NCBI RefSeq assembly: GCF_006345805.1
Contig: NC_043004.1
Coordinates: 83,824,001-83,888,000 of the forward strand
Length of the DNA: 64,000 nt
Direction of reading: 5' to 3'
Source of the DNA: Octopus sinensis
Lineage: Eukaryota
The position numbers and the translations under genes are program-made. Position 1 is the first letter of the stretch. Each line of letters opens with the position of its first letter. A model generated the notes under the pieces. The model did no database searches. It saw only the letters and a program-made list of their open reading frames with translations, and was not told where the DNA came from. Of the stretch, positions 39,101 to 51,059 are shown one piece after another.

Positions 39101-40200
39101 TTGTGTGCGAACACGAAAGCAGCAAAAAGCTGCATTCTATTGTCAAGGAAGCCTATAATTTCGAAAGGGAACTAGACATTAACCTTGAATCAGATGAAAA
39201 GCCGGAAACCACTGCTACTAAGCAAGCAAAGCGAATCAAGCAGACTGCAAAAAAGAACGGGCAGAATCAAATTGAGAGGCGGTGGAGCCAGAAGCCCCTG
39301 CATGGACAATATATTCTCCGAAGCCAAAATGCTGATGTAGACCAAGCAACAACCCATCAGTGGCTGAAGAGTTCTGGATTGAAAGCAGAGACTGAAGGCT
39401 TCATAATGGCAGCACAAGATCAAAGCTTGTTTACCAGAAATTACCAGGCTAACGTTCTCCGAAGCGGTACTGACCCTAAATGCAGATTCTGCGACACATT
39501 TGACGAAACGATAGACCATCTCGTTTCGGGATGTCCTGTGCTGACACCAAACGAATACAAAAATCGCCACGATAGGGTAGGACAGTATATACATTGGAAG
39601 ATATGTAAACACTACAAATTCGACACTCCCGTTAACTGGTATGAACACCATTCTCAGCCAGTTGTTGAAGGTAAGGATGTCACCATCCTCTGGGATTTTC
39701 CAGTCAACACTGACAGAACGATCAAGGCTAATCGACCAGACATAATTGTTAAAGACAGGGAAGAAAATACCTGCAGACTATTAGAGGTAAGCGTCCCCAC
39801 TGATAAAAATGTATCTGTAAAGGAATTTGACAAACTTAGTAAATATAAGGACCTGGAAATCGAAATACAAAAGATGTGGAATCTTAAAACAAAAACTGTT
39901 CCTGTTATTGTAGGTGCCCTAGGTATGATAAAAAAGGGATGTCAGAAACACCTAGACAATATCCCTGGAGAACCATGTCTCAAGGAAATCCAAAAGATTG
40001 TGCTAACAAGTACTGCCCACATCCTTAGAAAAACCCTATCAATGTAAATGTTTGTGTTTGTATTACATGGAGATATTTCTCTACTTCCCCTCCCCAAGCT
40101 TTCAGCTATATTTCAACAACTCTTAACCTTCATTTGCCCTAGGGAGCTGGGTGTGCCCCGGCAAGTGATTGCATCAAACATGCAGATTAAAAGTAAATGA
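36161..40200 (+). mobile_element. R4/Dong LINE family A, near full length; single ORF 36161-40047 with 3 lesions
   Basis: N-terminal KRIKWTREDY Myb-like motif; RT motifs YRPITCL, QKGC, DYRKAYDSVPH, GIFQGEPLSPLLF, HLFYMDDLKL, YKYLG; CRFC..ETIDHLVSGC knuckle; RHD, RPDIIV..LLEVSVP..K..KY RLE; +2 TA slippage at about 36720, TGA at 37657 and 39034; 3'UTR ends in (AAT)n. Confidence 0.96.
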
Positions 40201-40201
40201 C

Positions 40202-40284
<83 letters not shown>

Positions 40285-40294
40285 TAATAATTTC

Positions 40295-40976
40295 TTTTTT
40301 AGAAATATAACAAGTAACTGCAGAATATGTGGAGATTGACAAGAAACAATAAATCATATTATCTCTGGCTGACGTCCTGGCTAAGAAGGAATATATTCAC
40401 ACACATGACAGAGTTGGAACCTACATACACTGGAAGCTATGCCAACATTATGAAATAACAACAGAAAAAAGATGGCATAGGCACACACCAGAAAAGGTCA
40501 CATAAAACGAAAAAGCAACCATACTTTGGGATATGCCGATACACACAGATAGAGAAATTAAGGCAACAGACCAGATATAGTTGTCAGAGATCATGAAGAA
40601 AAAAATGCTTTCTATTTGATGTATCAATACCGGCAGATGACAACGTGTCTCTAAAAGAAATGGAGAAACTCTCAAAATGCAAAGACCTGGAAATGGAGGT
40701 AACTAGAATGTGGAATCTAAAAACAGAAACAATTCCTATCATAGTAGGTGCATTAGGCAGGATAAAAAAATATTCAGACAAATACATAACAAGAACACCA
40801 GGACTTACAAACACATATAACATACAGAAAATTGCACTACTAGGCACTGCACACATCCTACGCAGAACATTTTCCATACAATAACCATCAGAGCATCACA
40901 ACAAATCACAGCACATACCCAAGGCACACAGAGCTGTGCTCGGTAGTGAAGTGAAAGCACGCTATAAAACTACTGA
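40295..40976 (+). mobile_element. R4/Dong LINE family C, 5'-truncated and degenerate
   Basis: CRICGD*QETINHIISG, YIHWKLC, ILWDMPIHTDREIK, IPIIVGALG..IQKIALLGTAHILRRTFSIQ; 3'UTR then (AAT)n. Confidence 0.9.
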
Positions 40977-41006
40977 ATAATAATAATAATAGTAATAATA
41001 ATAATG

Positions 41007-41052
<46 letters not shown>

Positions 41053-41236
41053 TTATAATAATAATGATAATAATGATAATAAATATAATAATGATAATAA
41101 TGATAATAATAATAATAATAAATAATAATAATAACAGTAATAATAATAATGATGATAATAATAATAATGATGATAATAATAATAATGATGATAATAATTA
41201 TTATTAATAATAATAATTATAATTATTATTATTATT

Positions 41237-41295
<59 letters not shown>

Positions 41296-41335
41296 CAAGA
41301 ATAACAACAATTAACAACAACAACAATAATAACAG
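40977..41335. repeat. (AAT)n/(GAT) tract with internal (ATT)n strand switch
   Basis: AAT to about 41198, mixed ATT/AAT at about 41199-41240, AAT again. Confidence 0.95.
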
Positions 41336-41917
41336 TGAATAAATGAATAACGTAACAAAATTCCTTAGAATGCAAAAGTATCTATAGTTTTCAACAGATT
41401 TTCGATAGAACAAGTAAAAAATAATCCACGTATAGAAGTGCAAAAACGTAAAAGATTACAGAGAAAACAAGACATAATAAAAAGAAACATCACGCATTCA
41501 CAATATAATCAAACGATATGAAATACTATAAATATTACATCGAACATAACAGGCAAGACGTAACAGGGAATCAATTCCTTAAAAATAACACAGGAAAAAG
41601 CATGGGCTCCAGATATGTATAGGTTTCTATATATGGAGATGAGAATAGCGTGAACAAAGAAGTTTAATTGAGCATAAAACAAGAAGCAAATAATGCCGAG
41701 CATCAATATTTTACACGAGGAAAGTAACACAAATTGGATACTTGAATGTTTTTTTTGGGTGTGTGAATTCCGCGTCTGTTCCGGAAAGGAGTGTTCATGA
41801 GTTCGAACATGAATTTCAATTTGAAATTGTTATATTAATACGTGAGGAAGAGGTACAAAAGTTGCACCACCTAATGCAATTCGTGCGCGCATGCATACGC
41901 ACACACAGAAGTATATA

Positions 41918-42137
41918 TGGCAGAAACGTTAGCACGCTGGGCGAAATGCGTAGCTGTATTTCGTCTGTCGTCACGTTCCGAGTTCAAATTCCGCCGAGGT
42001 CGACTTTGCCTTTCATCCTTTCGGGGTCGATAAATTAAGTACAAGTTACAGACTGGGGTCGATATAATCGACTTAATCCGTTCGTCTGTCCTTATTTGTC
42101 CCGTCTGTGTTTAGCCCCTTGTGGGCAGTAAAGAAAT
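41918..42137 (+). mobile_element. SINE family B
   Basis: ggcagaaacgttagcacgctgggcgaaatgc...ccttgtgggcagtaaagaaat. Confidence 0.9.
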
Positions 42138-42159
42138 ATATATACATATACATACATAT

Positions 42160-42190
<31 letters not shown>

Positions 42191-42273
42191 CATGGCTCCG
42201 CATGTAGGATGCGTATATGGATGGATACATACACACAAGTGAGTGTGTAATTAAATATACACATATATATATG

Positions 42274-42304
<31 letters not shown>

Positions 42305-42323
42305 CCTTAAATCCTTAAAAATA

Positions 42324-42518
42324 TTTTAGCCCGAAGGCCGCCGCCATGCTGGGACACCACCGCTGAATGAGCGACACTAATATGTGAATCCACCTCTGAT
42401 ACGTGGCGCTTGATCAACAAGGGAGTTCGATGTTGCTGCCCGCATCTGCGTCTCCTGTCGTGAGGTAGGTTCATCTGGGACTCCCGACAAGAAGAGATCT
42501 AGTTTAGTTTTAAAGAAA
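42324..42518 (-). pseudogene. CR1-group LINE extreme 3' end (ORF2 C-terminus + 3'UTR)
   Basis: FKTKLDLFLSGVPDEPTSRQETQMRAATSNSLVDQ...*, then gcggtggtgtcccagcatggcggcggccttcgggctaaaa. Confidence 0.75.
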
Positions 42519-42582
42519 CCCCCCCCACACACACATATATATCAGCGATTATAATTATTTTTATTTTATCGCAATTTGATTT

Positions 42583-42643
<61 letters not shown>

Positions 42644-43479
42644 TAAATATATTTGCGGGTGCGTAAGGGGAGAGGGGAGACAGAGAGAGTAACAGATATA
42701 ACAACTAGAACAAGCGTGCATGGAGCAGAGCGCACCACGTTGGGATTTCAGTTCATTGAACAGTCATTCACCGTGTGATTCTGCAAATTCAGTTTATTAA
42801 AATGTTTCTTATATTTTGATGCCGATGATATCCATATTGAAAAACGAGAATCTCATATGAAACGCTGCATAGCATGAATTATTTGTACGTGAACAGAACA
42901 CAAGAGTAAATCAACAACATCAAGGATGATGATTATATAACTATAACGAATGCAGCGAAAAAGAGCCTGAAGCAATGTAAATCCAACGTTCTGTAGAAAC
43001 ATCGTCCTTTCTGATATATTTGCGCACATCCTCGTACGCAACTGTGCAACTGGCAATGTTAGACAAAACGGGCATAAAACGATGTTAACAAATAATTCGT
43101 CGGAATCGGAAAGGTAAATAAGGAAAGAACAGTAGGTGAACTTGATGATACTAAAGCGGAGGTAGGGGAATAGAAAGAGGAGGAAGAGGTAGAAAAAGAA
43201 TTGCCTCTGGCCCTTTCTCATAAGCAGAGGCATAAACGCTTGGGCTGTTATATCGGTAAGCTACTGCGCACGTGAAGTTGAATGGACAAATGAGGGACTG
43301 GATTCGCATAGAAAGAAAAACGCAAAAGGGGATGGTTATGTAAGAGCTAACGTAAAAAGTCTTTGCTTTCATAAGAAAGAAGGGAGAAGAGAATTAAGCA
43401 ACACTTATTCGTGAATCATTAAAGCGTGGTGGGCTAACAACCTGTAAATCTTCTTACTAGTCTCTTTTCACTGCAAAGC

Positions 43480-44034
43480 CATGCAGGGTGATCTTCATAT
43501 CAGATCACCATGTCACGCACATACGTTTGTGATGCATGTTACTAGTGTACCCTTATAAGACAGCAGCCATTATAAGTATGTTGCTAGTCATATATTTGTA
43601 CCCCAGCGTCACATTGATAGGGTGTGCTTATCTGTCATTCATTATTTAATATTATTATGTGAGAGAGCAGTCCATGCCATCAAAGTGACACTGAGTAGTT
43701 AGAATGTTCCGCAATTGAGTATGCCATCCCGCTCAAAACATCCCTGAATAAGGTTTGTTTAACGATGGTGAATAAAATAGAATTCCTCTCAATACATGGA
43801 GATGATGCTGCCCACTATTCCTGCTCGTGATAAGAGATGCATATATCGGCAGCCTCTGCGGGACATGCTCAATGGGTTATGGTCAAGCAGCTGACAAGGA
43901 AATTTCTGATACTGAGCAGAGTATTTGCTATAGCCCACATTTTATAGCAAGACCAAAGATTCACATGATAACACTTCCAAGAACTTAAGATCAGAACCCT
44001 TGAGTGCCGGTCCCTGGTATTTCATCAGGGCATC

Positions 44035-44035
<1 letters not shown>
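43480..44035 (-). mobile_element. Element E copy (43658-44035) with an inverted copy of its 3' part (43480-43640)
   Basis: Homology to 20443-20968; (ATT)n at 44036-44095 and a short attat tract at 43641-43657. Confidence 0.75.
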
Positions 44036-44074
<39 letters not shown>

Positions 44075-44096
44075 AATATTATTATTATTATTATCA

Positions 44097-46640
44097 TTCT
44101 ATGTTTGACTTTTGCTTTATGTCTGTACAAGTTGGCTCCAAGTCTCATCCAGAGACATCAAGAGACAAGAGGTTGGAAGTTCTGTGCCATATATTTGGGG
44201 ATGTTTTGTTATTTTGGGTTTTTTTTTGTTGTACTAGTGAATATCTAATACATAAAAATAAAAAAAGAAAAAGAAAAATTTAAAAAATTAAAAATAAAAA
44301 AAAGTTTGTTTTAAACCTAGAGAGTATTTTGCGTAGGATATAAGCAGTTCCCATGAGCATTATCTTTTGAATTTCTGCCATTTTGGGGTTTCCTGGTATC
44401 TGAGTTAGGTAGCAATCAGTCCCTTTCGCTATCATTCCCAGGGCACCTATGAGAACAGGTATTATTTTAGTCTTCAGCTTCCACATTTTGCTGATTTCTA
44501 TTTCAAGATCTTTATATTTGCTCAGTTTCTGGTAGGTCTCGTTTATATCGATTGGGACAGTCATATCAATGAGGAGGCATGTTCTTTGTCTGAAGTCTTT
44601 CAATATGATGTCTGGCCTATTTGCATCTATCTTCCTGTCAGTTTGAATGGTGAAGTTCCAGAGGAGTGAGATGTGGTCATTTTCAAGCACTGGAGGTGGA
44701 TTGTGTTCCCACCAGTTTTTTCATGGGGCAAATCCAGGTTTTTGCAAATTACCCAGTGAATATATTGTGCAGCTCTATCATGCCTATTGAGGTACTCTGT
44801 AGGTGCTAGAAGACTGCATTTGGAGACAACATGATCAATGGTTTCATTTTGTTGTCGGCATACACGACATGTTGGGCTACTGCCGTTCTTTAATATGTTG
44901 GCCTGGTAGTTTCTTGTTGGTAGGCATTGATCTTGAGCTGCTATGATAAACCCCTCTGTTTCAGATTTTAAGCCAGAGGCCATTAGCCATTGATGGGTCA
45001 GGGCTTTGTCGATATCTGCATCATTCGCTCTCTTTGGGTATTTGCCATAGAGAGGATTTTCTTGCCATTTATTATTCAGAATATCTAAGGCCGCAGTTTT
45101 AGCTCGGGTTTTCATGCGCCTAGCTTTTTCTGGGCTTGTTTCTTGTATGTCTATCTCTAATTCCGGAATTGGTTGTATTCGGAATTCACTTAGATATTCC
45201 TTTGCCTGTTTTGTGACTGAGTATAATGCTTTCTTGTTTTCATGTTTTGAGACAAGTTTTAACATCCAGTCCTCAGAGTTTTTCAGGTAGGTGTCTAGGC
45301 CAATTGTAGCAATCTTCATTGTTATTGCCAGTTGCAAAAGACCACGGTCTCCCTCTTTTCTTGGCAGATATAGTCGTTCTGTATCTGCCTTAGGGTGGTG
45401 CATTCTATGCATTGTCAACAGTTTCCTTATTTTTCTGTCGAGCTGACATATTTCAGTAATTGACCAGTTAACAATATTGAAACTGTAAGTCACGACTGAT
45501 ATGGCTAATGCATTGATCGCTTCGATCCTGTTTCTTGCATTCAGCTCTGTCTTGAGTATTGCTCTCACTCTTCGATAGCATTCTCTCCTGTTTCTTTCCT
45601 TCATCTCTGAATGCCTCATTCCGTTCCCTTCAATTACCCCTAGGTACTTGTAGCTCTCCGCTGGGTCTAGTTCTTTTATGACATTCTGCTGGTCAAGGTT
45701 AACGTTAGATGTTTCTGTCATTTTTCCTTTGATAAAGGTAGCTTTTGCACATTTATCGAGGCCGAATTGCATTCTGATGTCGTCACTGAATTGTTTAACA
45801 ATCGCTAGTAAGCCTTCGAGTTGTTGGTCATTTTTGCAAAAAGCTTTAAATCATCCATGTAAATGAGATGATTTATATTTTTATCAAACATTTTATACCC
45901 GTACTGCGCGTCATTGAGCAGCTTTAAGAGAGGTATTAAGGATAAACAAAAGAGGAGTGGTGACAGTGAGTCACCCTGGAAAATGCCACACGACATTTTT
46001 ACATCACCAGCATTTAGGGATTCATTATCACTGTTCAGAGTTAGTGTGGTTCTCCATGATCTCATACTTACAGTCAAGAAGTTTCGCAGAGTAGGTGCTA
46101 TCTTATACATTTCCAGGCATTTCCTAATCCAGCTATGTGGTAGGCTATCAAAAGCCTTTTTATAGTCTATCCAGGCTATTGATAAGTTTTTGTGTCGTTT
46201 GTGACAATCTTCTTATTGATGAGTAGTTGGTCTTTACAGCCGTAGGATCCACGTTTACATCCTTTCTGTTCATTAGGGAATATGCTGCTGTCTGTTAAAA
46301 AACTATAGGTATATTCCGTCAGGACAGATATTAGTGTTTTGTACATAGTTGTTAAGCAGGTTATGGGTCTATAGTTTTTTGGTTCATTTCTTTCTTCACT
46401 TTTTGGAAGCAGGAATGTTAACCCATTAACTAGCGAAGGAGGCATCCTACTAGGGTGTTGCAAAACATCATTGTACAGTTCTGTTAGCAGTTCATGGCTC
46501 TCTGGGAAGGCATTCAGCCAGAAGTTAGGAATTTTATCCTTTCCTGGAGACTTCCATTTGCTTGACCTCCTGAGAGCAGATCTTATATCTTCTACCTTGA
46601 CACCCTCCCACTTTTGCTCTTCTAAGGGGTCCAGTTCTGT
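44097..46640 (-). mobile_element. R4/Dong LINE family D, 5'-truncated, frameshifted RT-CCHC-RLE
   Basis: WKSPGKDKIPNFW, YRPITCL, GIFQGDSLSPLLF, HLIYMDDLKLF, CRVC..ETIDHVVSKC, RPDIILKD..LLIDMTVP; (AAT)n at both ends. Confidence 0.95.
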
Positions 46641-46671
46641 AATAATTATTATCATTATTATTATTATTATT

Positions 46672-47288
46672 ACTTTTTTCTTTCTTCTTTCAAATTTTCT
46701 TCCATTTCTTGCCGAGTGTCTTCCCGACCCCTAGGGCAAAGAAACTCATAGTGTATATTGGTAGGCCATTAAACCAAACTCAGTAGTTCGTTCATTTTTT
46801 TTTTTTTTTTTAAAGTTAAATTAAAATACATGAGCAGCAACAGTTCTCACATCGACAATGCTCTTCTCAATACGTGTGATGTACCAGTTAAGACAATCTT
46901 TTGCACTTCTTGCACGGATGGTAAGCCAGGGATCATTCTCATATAATTTTCGGTTCCCTTCTTGATCATTCCTAGTGCTCCTACGATCACTGGTATTGTA
47001 ACCGCCTTGAGATGCCACATTTTTTCAATTTCAATGAGTAGGTCTTTATATTTTCTGAGCTTGTCAAACTCTTTCGCTGAGATATTATGATCACAGGGGA
47101 TGCTCATGTCGATCAATAAGCAAACTTTATTGTTTTGGTCTTTCACAACAATATCTGGTTTATTGGCCTTGATGGTTCGGTCTGTATGTACTGGAAAGTC
47201 CCACAGAATCGTTACATTTTCTCCTTCAGTTACAGCCTCAGGGTGGTGATTATACCACTTGTCGGCAGTTTTGATATTGTAATGCCGA
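46672..47288 (-). mobile_element. R4/Dong LINE family B, 5'-truncated
   Basis: Nearly identical to 35100-35613 in ORF end and 3'UTR; bounded by (AAT)n. Confidence 0.93.
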
Positions 47289-47313
47289 CTTATTATTATT
47301 ATTATTATTATTA

Positions 47314-47371
<58 letters not shown>

Positions 47372-47404
47372 TATTATTATATTATTATTATTATTATTAT
47401 TATT

Positions 47405-47574
47405 CAGTAGTTTTATTTTTATAGCATGCTTTCACTTCACTACTGAGCGCAGTTCTGTGTGCCTTGGGTATGTGCTGTGATTTGTTGTGATGCTCTGATG
47501 GTTATTGTATGGAAAGTGTTCTGCGTAGGATGTGTGCAGTGCCTAGTAGTGCAATTTTCTGTATGTTATATGTG

Positions 47575-47613
<39 letters not shown>

Positions 47614-47987
47614 TATTATTATTATTATTATTATTATTGTTGTTGTTGTTATTATTATTATTTTTATTATTATTATTATTCAGTAGTTTTATTTTTATAG
47701 CGTGCTTTCACTTCACTACCGAGCGCAGCTCTGTGTGCCTTGGGTATGTGCTGTGATTTGCTGTGATGCTCTGATGGTTATTGTATGGAAAGTGTTCTGC
47801 GTAGGATGTGTGCAGTGCCCAGTAGTGCAATTTTCTGTATGTTATATGTGTTTGTAAGTCCTGGTGTTTTTGTTATGTATTTGTCTGAATATTTTTTTAT
47901 CATGCCTAATGCACCTACTATGATAGGAATTGTTTCTGTTTTCAGATTCCACATTCTAGTTATCTCTATTTCCAGGTCTTTGTATTT
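47405..47987 (-). mobile_element. Two tandem 3' fragments of R4/Dong family C (47405-47577, 47680-47987) separated by (AAT)n
   Basis: Both match 40690-40976 in reverse (gtgcctagtagtgcaattttctgtatg, gctttcacttcactac). Confidence 0.9.
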
Positions 47988-48088
47988 TTACCATTATCAT
48001 TATTATTATTACTATTATTTTTAGATAATAGTAATTATGATAATAATAATAATTGTAATGATAGCAAAGATGACAATAATAATAATAA

Positions 48089-48168
<80 letters not shown>

Positions 48169-48568
48169 TAATGCATGCGCTTATGATGAATCCCACTATG
48201 TCTTGTATTTGAGAAGGTAAGTACTTATCTCAGCGCTATACGAATGTTATATCTTGTAAATTAATCAAGCGTTCAGACCCCATCACCTTATGACCAATGT
48301 TTATGTTGGCGACGGTACTGATAGCTATTGTTATGTCTCAAGAATTGTGGTAAAAGATAAATGTCAACGTAATAATAAACAAAATAATAGATTAATTCGA
48401 CAACCTAACAAAATTTTAACCAGACATAATTTCCTGCATTTTTTTGTAATTTTCATTTTGTTTTAATTTTTCTAACTATATGCGTGTGTTTTTGTGAGCA
48501 TATGTGTGTGTACGTGTATTTGTGTAGGTGAGTGTTCATCTATCTATCTATCTATCTATCTATCTATA

Positions 48569-48611
<43 letters not shown>

Positions 48612-48617
48612 GTATTC

Positions 48618-48651
<34 letters not shown>

Positions 48652-48860
48652 ATCCATCTATCTATCTATGTATATATCCCTGTATATAGATATGTGAGTG
48701 TGGTGGTATATATATATATATATATAATATATATATGTTTAGATATGTATATATATAGATATATGTAAACATATATATTTATACACACCTCCCACTCACA
48801 TATCTATATATATGTGCATATTCACACACCTATATATATGCATTGGATAAATATGTCGTC

Positions 48861-48896
<36 letters not shown>

Positions 48897-49458
48897 GTAT
48901 GTATGTAATGTATGTTGGTATGTGAGTGTATAGCTTACGTATGTAATGGTTGTTATAAAAACATAATCACAGTCAGTAAATAACAAAAACTGAAAACAAA
49001 AATCAAACAAAAGCCGTTATTGAATATAACACACTCTCATATCTGGACGTTGCGTCTTATTTTACGACTCATTTCTCTTCGTAAGATGGTTTGATTAAAT
49101 TTCATAACGAATAACTGATATTGTTCTTTTACTAAGCTAGCGTTTAAATGCTCTTTTATTTGACATAGATCGATGGCTACAAAGTTAAGTTATTGATTGA
49201 TTCCTTTCCTGTTCACATTCATTAGACGTCTTCCTTTTTGCGCTTACTTATTTTCGCTCGAATACTATATATTTTACAGTCAATAATCTAATGAGAAACT
49301 AGATATAACACTTCACTGATATTTCATAGATAAATATTGAAAATGGCCAGTTTATGAAAGTGAAAGTAAAGACGGGAAGCAGGAGAGTTTCACAACGTTT
49401 TTGGCGGGTGTAGTTTCGTAATTTCGATTTAATTCTGTGCGAGTTTACCCATATGCAC

Positions 49459-49673
49459 TTAACCATTTGGTTAAGATTACTATGTCAAATGTAATGCTTA
49501 TATTGTCATACGGTTTTGAATTATCTTTTAGCTTGGAGAGTTTGATGATGTGAATATTAAATTTTAAAATAACTATGTAGGCTAGATATAAAAGGCAGGC
49601 TCTGGTTGGTTTGAAAATAAAACAGTTCGAAGATTTTGCCCGGATATGACCAGTTTAAATGTTAAAGGTTTAA
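49459..49673. mobile_element. Degenerate piggyBac-type MITE
   Basis: ttaaCCATTT...AAAGGTttaa termini resembling TTAA|CCCTTT...AAAGGG|TTAA. Confidence 0.45.
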
Positions 49674-50219
49674 AGTGAGGTAGGATACGGTCGATGGCCA
49701 AGGAAAGTAAGGGTCATTGTATATAGTCGAAGCCTATATACACTACAAATAGCAGTGAAATATTTGGTAAATTACATCATCCTGATGTACTAAATAGTAG
49801 TATTTGACTTAGTGTTTTTATAAACTGTAGCAGCAGTAGTATGTTTCATAGACATTACTGCCTATGGGACAGTAATGAATTATCTTGTAGCTTGGAGACT
49901 TTGATGACGTGACTGTTAAATTTTAAAATAACAATGTAGGCTCGATGTGAGAGGTAAGATGTGGTTGGGTTTAAAAGAAAACAGTTGGAAGATTTTGCCC
50001 GGATATGACCGGTTTAAATGCCAAAGGTTTAAAGTGTGGTAGGATACGGTTGATGACCAATGAAAGTAAGGGTCATTGCATATAGTCAAACCGTAAATAC
50101 AAATAGCAGTGAAATATTAGGTAATTTACATAATCCTGATGTACAAAATAGTAGTAATAGTAGACTTAGTATTTTTATTAATTGTAACAGCAGCTGTATG
50201 TCTCATAGACCTTACTGTC
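49518..50219 (+). repeat. Tandem duplication, period about 359 bp
   Basis: gaattatctt.tagcttggaga at 49518 and 49877; colinear through tcatagac.ttactg. Confidence 0.92.
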
Positions 50220-50294
50220 TTGATTCCTAGGCCTCACAGCGTCGGTTACCTCAGTTAATAATACGTGCATGACCCCGAGATCCCAACTTTCACT

Positions 50295-50437
50295 CTCAGT
50301 GCTACTCATTTAATATTGAGTGGATTGGAGCAACTGAAAATAAAGTGTTGAACGCAAAAAGACAACACGTGAAGCCATCCTGTATTCGAAATTCTTTTAT
50401 CGCGATCATGAGTGCAACATCATATCCACTAGACCAT
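50295..50437 (-). mobile_element. Degenerate SINE family C
   Basis: actcattt...gagtggattggagcaac.gaaaataaagtgt...ccactagacca parallels 7005-7135. Confidence 0.55.
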
Positions 50438-51059
50438 CAAACGTTACGATGCAAAAATACAACATTAAATAAAACAAAGTTGGGGTGAATGACTTTACTC
50501 TCCTTGAAAATAGGTGCGAATCGATGGAATAATAATGCAGCGAACTACTTTAATCATATAACTGCTTAATCAGCGTTTGCTTGTGTTTAACCAACAATAA
50601 CACAAACAGATTCGGAAAAGGAGCCTTTCCTACATAAGCATTTACTGAATTGTTCTTATGAAGGTTTGTAATTTGTCAATCGATAAAATCATATATGTAA
50701 TCAAAATCCTCGTTGAATGTTATCCAAGCCACTCCTCTTTTTGATTAATCCGCTTTTACATTATCGCTATTCTGTTAGCATCGATGTGTAATAGCCCACT
50801 GCTAGAAGGGGCTGATTTAATGAACGCGTGGTAATTATTCACTATAAGAGAAATTAGCGAGATGATATATATTAATGTTCTGCAGGCAAATGCGAAACAA
50901 AGATGAATCAACGAAATCATATGTGTGCGGTCGTTGGGTTGGAAATGCAGATAATTAAAAATCAAATCAGCATAAAACTTTCGCTAGAATCCAGGAAAAT
51001 TAAGGACACATGTGACGATTTACTCCTGGTTGTAATTTAATTGAAATCTAGGGAATATG

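Noticed and set aside
36978-39651. Minus-strand ORFs within Dong A (and plus-strand ORFs within Dong D)
   Set aside because: Antisense shadows of the retrotransposon ORF.
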